A stretch of 64,000 bases of DNA from Clostridia bacterium (GTDB lineage Bacteria > Bacillota > Clostridia > Christensenellales > UBA1242), in contig CAAGDD010000003.1 of the NCBI GenBank assembly GCA_900768545.1, positions 4,767 through 68,766 on the forward strand, written 5' to 3'. Both the position numbers and the translations under genes were made by a program. Of the stretch, positions 25,462-37,400 are shown in pieces. A model generated the notes under the pieces. That model made no database searches. It had not been told where the DNA came from and saw nothing but the letters and a program-made list of their open reading frames with translations. How positions within the stretch are numbered: the stretch's first letter is position 1; each line of letters opens with the position of its first letter.

Positions 25462-28400
25462 TTATCTGCCCATTTTCTTGTTTTTGCTATTTTTACGCTT
25501 TGAAACGATAGCCAAAGTCATAAATGTAAGAGCGCCAACAGCCAATGCAGCGATAGCAATGATAATCCACATATATGTCTTATCAGGTTCTCTCCAAACA
25601 GCATAGAGTGTAATGCTGTCGAAGTCAACTGTAATGGTATCACCATCAAAGAATGCAACTTCTCCATCTTCACTCAATGCCCAGCCAAGGAAGATTTGTT
25701 TTCCGTTTGCAAAGTCGAGTGTAGAGAGTGTTGGAAGTTTGTAGTTTGATCCATAAGTTGTGTTTCGAGATACAGTTCTGCTCGAGCCATTGTTTGGATT
25801 GAAGATGATTGTTACAGTCTTTGCGACAACTGTTGGATTGAGTTCAAAGTCTTGTGCCTTAACTATAAGAACTTTTCCGTAGAGCAAGTCTTCAAATGTA
25901 GCTGAATTTCCTACTCTCCAGCCAAGCAAATCGTAGCCTTCTTCCAACTCAACATCGAGATTGATCTTCTTTGTGAATTTCGCTCTAAACTTGAGTTGTT
26001 CTGCAGATGTTTGTTCAAATCCATAGTCGCTGCCATAGCCAGTAACTTTGATTGACTTAATGCCGCGTGGTTGATTTACTTTGAAGTTAACCCACTTCAA
26101 TGTATAGTAAAGTCTAACAACTGTGCTGCCGTCACCAGAAACTTTGTATGCTGAATAGTTTTCAGGTTTTTCAAAATCATAACCATCAAAATCTTTGATG
26201 TATTGTTGGATATTGATGTCAGATTCTGTTGTGCCTTCTTCGGTCAAAGTCTTGTCGTTGTCGATCAAATAATCGTTTGCATCAAGGTTTTCGAAGTAGT
26301 ATTCAACTGTATAATTTGCTGTTCCAACTTCAGATTCAACGACGATTTCGATGTTTGTGGTCTTCTTGATTACGAAGCTGTAATCTTTTTCTGTGACATC
26401 TTCTCCATCAATAATCCACTTAACAAATCTGTAACCAAGTTTTTCTTCTGCGGAGATAGTGACAGTTTCGCCATAAGCGTATTGTCCTGCACCCGTTACT
26501 GCATTGATGTGGTTTGTATTGCTGATAGTGATATCAACATTGATTCTTACTCTTCTATAATAGTATTCGATCACAAGTTTTCCGTCGCCGGTAATTCTTG
26601 GTTCGTTGTTTGCATAAGTTGAGATAACTTTATATTCAGCGAATGTAAAGCCTTCAAAATCTCTGTCTTTTTCGTTTGCTGCACGGAGTTGTTCGAGTTG
26701 TTCTGCATTGAAGTATGTGTGAACTTTTCCGGTCAATACTTCATCTTGTCCAACCTTTTCATATTCTGTTTCAGATCCTGGCAAGTTTTCTTTGAAGTAT
26801 CTTACGCTGTAATTTGCGTCGCTAGCTTTGATAACGATTGTAACTTCGGTGTTGTTTTGAAGTGATGCGATCGTGTATGTTTGTCCAGAAACGCCTTCGC
26901 TTTGGGTTCTGCCACCAACAATGAATTGTTCGAGGCTAAATCCTTGACGGAGTTTGATAGAAATCTTAACTTTTTGTCCAAAGACTACTGTCCAAAGGTG
27001 TTGAACTGTTGGAGATTCTGTCAAGTTTACATCATCTGCTTCAACCTTGTATGGTTTTCCATTGTTGTTTTCAAATGGGTTGTCATAATCAAGGCCGCTT
27101 GTTTCATTTCCGTTTTCATCAACAAAGATAAGTTTCAATGTTCTTGTTTCTCTTACGAAGTAAGTGTTGATAACTGTGCTTCCGTCACCAGCGATTACTT
27201 TTGAAACAACATTGCCGTATTCATCTTTTTGATACATATCGGTTGTAGCTTTTGCGATATCAAATCCATTGATGTCAATACCACTTGCTGCTACTTTTGC
27301 AAGAACGTCGATGCTGTAATACAAGCCATCGTCTTCAACAAAGATTCTTTCATTAGATGCCTTGCATACTTCGGCTTTGTTTTCTACATCATCGAAGAAT
27401 ACATAATATGCGTCGCCGTCTTTTGTAAGAACTTTGGTGTCACCATAATAAACATTTCCGTCTTCTTTGACTTCAAATTTGTTTCCTTCAACAACTTCAC
27501 AAACAGCCTTTCTATTTTCTGCATCATTGAAGAATGCATAATAATATCCTTCGTTCTTTGTCAAGATTGTTTGAACAAACTCGGTCATAGTTTTTCCATA
27601 AGCTGTAATAGTTCTATCTTCAGTGTCCCAACCATTTCCGCTTGTCTTTTGTTTGTTTACTTTGATTGTATATTGAGTATTTTCTTTTGCTTCTGCATAA
27701 ACCTTGAGATATGTGTTCTTGTCAGGAATGTTGAATTTTACAACAAATTGTTGTTTGCCTTCTTCAACACCTTCTGTGATCTCTTCTACTGTCAAGATGT
27801 CAACGATACTTCCTTCTTCATCATAAAGCTTGAACATATCGGTTGTTGCTGCAAAGCCTTTGTTTACAACAAATGTAAATTCAACTGCTGTGCCAAACTT
27901 GAAGTCTTGAGCAACATTGAACAATGTATCTTCGAGTTTTTCGATTGCTTCAGCATGTTCTGAAATATCAATGATTGTCAAAGTATGATTATTTCTTTCA
28001 TATCTTACGATAACTTCTGTTGTTTCAGATCCAGAGATCTTGTTATTTGGATTGAATGTGACATCACGTTTATGATATCCCTTCAAAAGTTCGGCAAGGC
28101 CACTTGCGTTTTCAATTTCTGCCAATACAATATCTTCTGTCAATGTTGAATCTGTCTTTCCTTGAGCTTGGAATGTATAATCAGCATTTTCGCTGTCATA
28201 AGTTCCGTCAAGTTTTTCTTTAACGATCTTAATTGTGTATTTTGTGTTATCTTTAGCGACTGCACTTGCCAAAATTGTAATACCTTTCTTAAGTTCGTTT
28301 TCATTTTCAGCACCAAACATCTTAATTGTGTTTACATTGATTGTTGCGCCTGCAAAGCTGTTTTCAGTCGAAACTGTGAAGCTTGCATCTTTGTAACCTG

Positions 28401-31400
28401 CTTTTTCAGAAGCGGTAAGAGTGATAGTGTCTTCATATCTAATCAAATATGTGTTTGTTTCGCCTTCAACAAGTTTGTGTGTGTGTGTTGAAGTTGAAAC
28501 TGTTACGCTGTCGATATTGTCAGCGATCACAAGTTTAAGTTTGTAACTTTGTCTTGCCATATAAACTCTAACGATTGACAAACCATCTGCTGTGATTGTA
28601 GTAGATTCGTCTTTCTTGTTTTCGTCAAATGCAAAACCTTTCAAATCAAGAGCCAAGATGTGAGAGAGATTTGAAACATACGCTTGATAGCTTGTAACTG
28701 TATCACCAGTCCTTGCTTCGATCAAACTAATGTCGTCATATCTTCCTGTTCCTTCGACTTCTGAATAATTGCCGTCCAAAGTTTCGTAAACAACTCTGAT
28801 TGTATAAGTTGTAACGCCTTCACCCCATTTAGCGAAGATGTCAACATTTCCGCCGTCTGTTGTAAGAAGGTTTCTTACAATTCTAATATCAGTTTGTTCT
28901 CCGTCCTTGAAGTAATACCAACCAACAAAGTCATAACCTGTCTTCTTTGTCCAACCTTCAACACTGGTTATTGCGGTAGGCAATTCGAGTCTGTCATTGT
29001 ATTTGATTGTTTGATATTGTTTTTCAAGATAGTAGCCGTCAGCTTTCTTTGACAAGATCTTTGTATTGTCATAATACAAGCCGTCGTCTTTTGTTTCGAG
29101 AACTTCGTTTGTTGAAATATCACAAACTTTTACTGTGTCGTAATAATATCCGTCAGCTTCTTTTGAAAGAACCACGTTGCCATTATAAGCAATTCCGCTT
29201 ACGGTCAAGGTAAATTCAATTCCGTCAGCATAATCGCAAACTTTGTCATAAACCAAAGTAATGGTGTAAGAGATTTCTTCCCAGTAAGCAAATACTTCTG
29301 CTTCGCCACTTGCGTTTGTTTCCAAGTTTTTAGCGTAATATTTGCCGTCTGCCTTGCAGTAATACAATCCTGCTTCGGCAATGTCACTGACATTTTCTAC
29401 TTCTGCAATTTGCAAGCTGTCAGATTTGAGTGACCAAGATACAAGTTTGTAACCTATTCTTGTGAATGTCAATCCAGCAAGTTCAGTTACTTTGTTGAAG
29501 CTTGAATCTGTGTTTTCAATACTTCCTTCACCACCATTTGGATTGTATTTGATTGTGTAAGGTTTTGCTTCCCAAACACCATACAAGTCAATGTTATGAG
29601 TTTCGCTCATTGTGAAGTTTTCATTGATTGCATATTCTGCTATTTCAGCATCTTCGCTTCTTGCCCAACCAAGAAGTTTATATCCTGTTTCAGAGAATGT
29701 TACGTCAAACATTCTTGTTTCTGTGTAGAAGTATGTTCTGTCTTGTGTTTCTGTGCTGCCGTTCAAGTTTTTGTGGAATGTGAGTGTATAGCTCTTTGGA
29801 GCTGTTACAATCTCAACAAGCACATTGCTTGTAGGCATTGTGAATGTGTAATAGTTATTTTCGTCGGCAGTAAGATCAGTCTTGATTTCGCCCGCTGTGA
29901 TTGAAACAGAACTGATTTCATAGCCTTCTGCGATTGCAAATTTTACTTTAACAGTCGCTGTGTAAAGGATATTGTATTTTTCTTTGTCAACAACTGCTTT
30001 TGTTTCTTCAACTATTCCGCCATTTGGCAAAATTGAGTAAACAATTTCAGCACCTGTGACGCCGTCAATAGCAACATCTTTCTTTCCTTCTTCGTCTTCA
30101 ACTTCTTTTGTCAAAGCGACTGACAAGTCAAAGCCGACCAAGTCAAATTTAGCGTTGAATACACTATTTCCGTCAGCAGCAATGATAAGTGCGTCTTCAT
30201 CAAATGTTGCTTTTGCATAACCACTGATGTCAACACCTTCAAATTGATTCAAAGTAGCGTTTACTTTGTTGATATCGATTTGAGCGTTTGTTGTGCCAGT
30301 GAAGTCTTTGCTTCCAAGGGCTTGATATGTTCCGTCAATCTTTTGGATTCTGTAATTTACAACATATTTTGTATTGTCCGCTTCTTTCCATTTTGCTGTG
30401 GCTGTCAAGTTTTCGAAGCCTTCAAATGTGAATGATGCGTGATCTGTGTATGTTTGATCACCGATAGTCCAATATTCAAGAACATAACCAATCTTCTTAA
30501 ATCTGTTCGCTTCAAGGTTCTTGGTTTCGCCATGGATCCAGTTTTGAGTATACTCTGTTATGCCGTCATCAGTAACTCCGTCATTGCCCACGAATGTAAT
30601 TGTGTAGATGATGTCAGTTGCAGTAAATTCGATTGATGTTGCTTTTGTAGGCATATCAAACTTAACTGTTTGTGCACTTTCATCCAAGTTAAGAGTTACG
30701 TTATTGTTTGAAGTTTCTCTGCAAGCTGTAAACTTGAAGCCGTCTTTCATTGAATAAGCAAGATTTACTGTCGCGCCAAATTTAACAGTTCCAGTGATTC
30801 TTCCAGATACAGTCATGTCAAGTGCTGCATTATCGCTGCCAGTTGCGGCTGCTTTGTCAACGCTTGCAGTAACTGATGAGAATTTGTTTGCATCAAATGT
30901 TACATTGAAGTCGAACCATTGTCTATCATAATATACTTCCAATGTTGCACCGTCTTTTGTCATAACTTGACTCAAAACGCTCTTGTCATTGTTTAAGATA
31001 TAATTTTCGATAGATTGTGGAGTTGTGGTAACTGTGTCTGTGATATGAGCAGTGTTTGCGCTATCAGTGTCAACAAGTTCATAGCTTCCGTCAACTTTTT
31101 CATGGTAGTATTTAATGCTATAAGTGATGTCGATTGCTTGCCATACTGCCCACAAATCAATGTCGTTTGCAGTCATATAAACCGCTTCAGCTGTTGGCAA
31201 GTTTTCTGCTTTATACAATTCTTCAACAAGACCTTGATCAGCATTTTGTTTATCAAGAGCCCAGCCAATGAATTTGTATCCGTCTTTTGTCCAATTTGCA
31301 TCAATATCTTTGATTTGATACATATCTTTTGCAAAGACTTTTGATTCAGAAGATGTTGTTGTATCTTCATCATCAACATTTCTGTGATATGTGATTGTAT

Positions 31401-34400
31401 AAGTCTTTGGAGCAGATTGTGCTGTGATTTCAATTGCGTAATATGGCATTGCGGCAATCTTGTATGAATTGTCGTTTTCATCAAAGACAAATCCGAACAA
31501 TTTATTATCACCAAGATAGAAGCCGTCTGCTTTAAGAGTAAGATCACCAAGCAATTGTCTTGTTCTTGCATAATAGCCGTCGTTTTGCTTTGTCAAAACT
31601 GCATAGCCGTTGTAATACAAGCCGTCTACTTTTGTGGTGTCAAATGTAGCACCTTCAACCACGTCGCAAACTTCCAAGTCGCCAGCATAATATTTTCCGT
31701 CAACGATTGAAAGAATCTTAACGCTTCCATAATATACATCGCCATTTTCTTTCACTGTGAATACGTTTTCTTCAACATAATCACAAACTTTTGAGTTTGC
31801 AGTGAAGTCTTTTGAGCCTTCAACTTTGTATGCTCTTGCTGTGAAGCCTGTTGACATATATCCTTCTTTCAAAGTCAAGCGAACTTTGAATGGGATTTGA
31901 TAATAGATACGATATTCTTTTCCGTCTTTTGTTGTCATTGTCGAGAATGAGTTTTCAACGCCGTCATCTTCAGGAACAAAGCTTACTGCTCCGTTTGATT
32001 CGTCGCTGCGAAGTGTCAAACCATAGTGCAATCTGTTGTATCTAATTTCAACAGTTGAATATGGATCTTCTTCTGTGCCTTTATGCCAGCCGATAACAAC
32101 TCCGCCAGTGAATGATGCAAATGCATATCCTGGGAATGTTTTGATCAAGTTGTTTGCAATCAAGAATTCATAATCAACAACTGTGTCAGTTGTGGTCTTG
32201 AACAACTCGATAGTTGACTTATAGTTTTCTTTATAATATTCGTCATATTCTGGTAAAGAATATTTAACAGCGTATGTTGTGTCATTTCTTTCGCTTGCTG
32301 TAAGTTTGATTGTTGATTTTTCAGAGAAAGTAAATTCACAATATGTTTCACCGTCTGCAGTAACAGCTTGCACATCAGCAAATTCGCCGTCACCAAGTTT
32401 GAGTTTGAAGCCTTCGAAGTCATAGCCGTTTGCTACAACGCTCTTAACTTCTTGGCCGTCTTTGTAGATAGCATATACTCTAATCTTGCTGCCGTAAGAT
32501 ACTGGCAATGATTGAGCATATCCTTGAACTTTTCCGTCAATTTCAATCTTGACGCTTGTGATATCAAGGCCTCTGTCACCTTCAAATGAAAGTGAGTATT
32601 GTTCTGGGCACCATACTGCATAGAGATCAACATTCTCGCTGTAATTTTCTTCCATGATATAAGTATCATTGTCATGATATTTAACACTTTCGGTGTTGTT
32701 GTCGCCAACTGCTGAAAGAGCCCAACCTTGGAAGATGTAATCACTTCTTGTGAATGTGTTTTTGTCAAGTTTTGTTGACTTCTTGTATGTCGCCGTTTGA
32801 GTCTTTGTTTCTGTCGAGCCAGCAAAGTTTGCATGGAATGTAATTGTATATTCTTGTGCAACGCTTTGTGCTGTAACTGAAACATTTTCAACAGCAGGCA
32901 TTGTAAATTCACCATTAGTGATGTTTGCTTTGTCACAAGCGTAACCGACAAATTTGAATCCATTGTCTGAAATTGTGTATGAGAGTTTTACAACAGTTTC
33001 AAATCTTACTTGATAACTTCCTTCGCCCAAAGACTTGATGTAGAATTCTGCGTTGCCTTCTTTTGTAAGATCAGTTGATGCTACAAAGTCAGCAATTCCT
33101 TGTTCTGCAACCAATGAAAGGTTGAAGTATTTTCTTGTGTAAGTGATTTCAATCTTTGTTGTTCCGTTTGCGTCGATTTTCTTGAGAACGATATTGTCGT
33201 TTCTGTCAAATCCGTCTGTTGTTGGATATTCACCGGCTGTCAACGCTTTGATCATCTCTTCAGTGATGTCAGTGTCGGTTATTCCTGTTCCAACTTTTGT
33301 ATCTTCGACTTTCATTGTTCCGTCGAGTTGTTCATAGATGTAGTCAACACTATATTTTGTGTCATCTTTTGCTTTCCATTGAGCAAACAATTCGCTATCA
33401 GCCAAGATGTCAACTGTTGAAGTTTCAGCCAAAACTTCTCCGCTTCTATTGAATGACCAACCCAAGAATGTGTAGCCCGCTCTTGCTGCTGGAGCAATAA
33501 GACCAACAACAGTTTCGCTGTTTTCTGCGTCAACAACGAATGCGTTTTGATATGTGTCAGCATATCTAACTTTTACGCTAGCATATTCAAGACTTGTTTC
33601 ACCAGTAGAATCTGCCGCTTTGTTGAGATTGAATGTAAGAGTGTAAACATTTGCTGTGTAAAGAACATTTACAACAACATCTGTCGCACCCATTGTTCCT
33701 TCAACAACTTCTTGTGCTTTGTCTTTGATAGTGTATCCTGCCACTTCTGGAGTCTTAACGCTATATGTTTGACCATATTCAACTGAAGCGGTGTAAGAAT
33801 TGTGAAGTTCTTTTTCGTCAACAGACTTATATGTGATTGTCAAATTGTAAGAGTTTGTTCTCCAACGAGCAGTGATAGATACGTTGCCGTATTTTCCTGC
33901 ACCAATAACAACGCTTCCGTCTTCTGCGAAGTCGATTGTTGTTTTTGTCCAATTTCCAATTTCTGGAATTGTCAAAACTTCATAACCTACAAATGTGTGA
34001 CCTTCTTTTGTGATTTGAGTCTTTGTAGGCAATGTGATTGAGTCTTCGATAGTAAATTCTTTTCTATAGAATGTTACCATTTCGTGCAAGTCATTTTCTT
34101 CTGTAACTTGTTTCCAGTCACTAATAGTTTCATCAAGTTTTCCACCATCAAGAGCAAGGTCAACATGATATACGTTTGCTTTCCAGATAGCATAGAGTGT
34201 GATTGTGTCACCGTCAGTTGCTGTCAAGTTTCTAACTTCTGTCAAATCTTTTACAAGGTTAGCATACATAACATCTTCACCACCAACTCTTTCAACGCTA
34301 GCACCTTCGAAGAAGTTTGCTACATATTTGCCGTCAGCCAACGCTGCGCTTGTTGCCCAACCAACAAAACTGTAACCGGTCTTTTCAAATGTGTTTTGAG

Positions 34401-37400
34401 AAAGTGTGATAGCACTGTCAAACGATGCAGAGATATCTGCGATAACAGCATCATTTGTGTTCGTATTTCCGTTAAACTTGATCGTGTAGTTGTTTGCTCT
34501 CCATTGAGCATACAACTTGATAACTTCGCCAGCAGTTGTTGTCAAGCTTGAAAGTTTTTCGCCTACAGCAACTTTTGAGCCAGTTCCGTTTGCATTTCTG
34601 TTCCATTCAACAAATGTGTAACCTGTTGCGTTAAATCCACCTTCGATTGCTTCGCTTGCAGAGATAACTGTCAACTTGTCAAGATATTTTAAAGTAATTT
34701 CTTGAGATGTTTGTTCTGCACTTGCGTCAGGATAGTTTGAAATGTATTGAACTTTGTATTCGATTTGTTTCCATTGAGCATACAATGTTACAACGCCACC
34801 AAGCTCGGCAGTAAGTCTGCTAACTGTTTCTTCGTCAGCATAAACTTTTCCGGTTCCGTCTTGAGCCATTGTCCAACCTACAAAGTCGTGTCCTACTTTT
34901 GTATAGGTATTTTTGCTGAGTTTGAACTCTTCGCTGAATGGAATGTTTTGTTTACCTTCCATTTCATCTCCAAGTCCACCATTTGCATCATACTTCAAAG
35001 TATATGTGTTTGTTGCCCAAACTGCATACAAGCTGATGTTGTCATAATAGTTGTAAACAAATTCTGTTTCGCTCTTGTCGAAGAGATGTGCTCCATTGTC
35101 AGCATCTTCTTTCGAAAGTGCCCAACCAGCAAATCCATAACCTTCTTTTGTGAAGTTTTTGTTAATGATTTGAGTTGTTCTATTAAATGTTGCTTTGCTT
35201 GTGTAGTGGTCAATAACATTTGTTGTTTCACCAGAAATTTCTTCAGCAGTTCCGCCGTTTCCATAATAAGTGATAACAAATGTCTTGTTTTCTGCGCTTG
35301 CTTCTGCAACAACTTCATCTTTTCCTACAAGCACTTCAACCATAGCGTCTGTAGATTCATTTGAATTTACTGTCCACTTGCCAAAGTCGTAACCAGTCTT
35401 TGAAGTTCCGTCAACATCTGCATATACAAGACTTGCAGTGAGTTGAACTTTCACACCAAACTTAACTTTGATAGTTGTGTTTGTTTCTGTAATAGTTTCA
35501 TTTACTGTATAGTCGCCATAAGATGCGTCTGTAACAGATTTAACTGTAACTTTGTCAATTCCTTCACCAAACTTAACTGTCAAGTTGATGTCGCTGCGTT
35601 TGTAGTAAACATTAACGATTGTAGAACCGTTACCAGCAACAGTCTTTCCGCTTTCAAATGTTTCATAAACAAAGCCGTCGATTGCAGCAAGTTTTGTCTT
35701 ATCCAATTCTTTGATTTCAGAATCTGTGTTTCCTGTGAGTGTTGTGTAGATGATGTTTGAGTCACTGTCAACATAAACTTTGTATCCGCCTGTGATATTT
35801 CCGCCTTCGTCAAGAACAAATCCTGAAACATCTTCAAGCAAGTATTTAACTTTAAATTCAACTTCAAGTGTGTCAGCCAACGCTTGAATGTCAAGGTTTT
35901 GAGCAGGCATTGAAGTGAGATAATATTTTTCGCCATCTTGTTCAACAAGATTAGATGACCATTGTTTGAATGAGTAGCCAGCTTCTGCTTCTGCATTCAA
36001 TTCTACTCTTGCACCAAATCTAACTTCATAAGTCTTAACGCCGTCTTCGCCAGTAACATCAACCACATTTGCACCTGTTACAGCAGCAACTGATTTAATA
36101 CCTGTGCTTGTTGTCAATGTCAATCTTATGTCGTTTCTTCTTTGATACTTAACTTCAATCAAAGCAGCACCAGCATTTTCCAAAGCGGCACTGTCTGTTT
36201 CGTCAAGATCTGCGTTGTTGTAATATTTAACAACTTTTCCTGCCATATCGGCTGTTGGATTTACAAATCCTGCTTCTGAAACAAAGCTATCTTTGATATC
36301 ATTGAGTGTAATTGTATAATCAACTTTTCCGCTCAAGATTGCGTCTTTGTGAGATGCGATAGTTTCATATCCATCACCAGCAAAGTTTTCAAACATAAAT
36401 CTTACGATATATTTATATTCGTTTGCAGTTGCTTTTGCAGTAAAGTCAATATTTTTGTTTGCAACAAATTTATAAGTGTATTTGTTGTTTTCTGTCAAAG
36501 TAGGAGTAAGGATCTTTTCTTCACTTGTTCCTTCTTCAACTTGTTCTGTGTAAGCCAATCCACCATAGGTGTAGCCGTTTGTCACATCAATTACAATTTC
36601 AACATTTTCGTTGTATTTGTAAGTGTTTGCGCCAGTTGCAGCAGTGCCTTGTTCGGTCGCAACAGTGATTGTGTAAGTATTTCTTGTGTAGTAAAGTTTC
36701 AATACAAGTGAGCCTTGGCCGTCAACAACACCACTTGTGATATTGTTTGCATTTGCTGCGTCAAATGTGAAGCCAAAGTATTCTTTCTTTTCGATTGAAA
36801 CGCTGTCACCAGTTGTTGCAGATACTCTTGCGTTTGAGTAAACAGGAAGGATTGTTTCAAATGTTTCTTCAACTTTCAAAGTGCTGTCGAGAACATAAGT
36901 TCCGTCAAGTTTTTGCAAGTAGTATTCAATAGCATAGTGAGAGTCACCATTGTTCCAAATAGCTACGAGTGTAACTGTGTCACCTTCAACCGATGTCAAG
37001 TTTTTAACAGTAGCGCCGTCTTCGAATGTTTGTCCATTGAAGAGCCAGCCACCAAAGTCATAACCTTCACGTTTGAATGATGTCTTTGGAAGTGTGATTT
37101 CTTTGTCATATTCACCATGGATTGAAGCCATTTCGCCAGATGTAGCGCCGTTCTTATCGAATGCAATTGTGTATTCGATTGCTTTCCAGTTTGCATAAAG
37201 TGTAACAACACCAACATTTCCGCTAGTTTCTGTCCATCTATCTGTGGTCAAGTTTGAAACTTCTGCTTTTGCAGCATATTTAACTACTCCGTCGCTAGTT
37301 TCAGCCCAACCTTGGAAGAGATATCCAAGTTTTGCGAATGCAGAGCCGTCGCTGAGAGTGAATGTTTCATCGTAAGTTGCGATTACTTCATCGATTGCAC

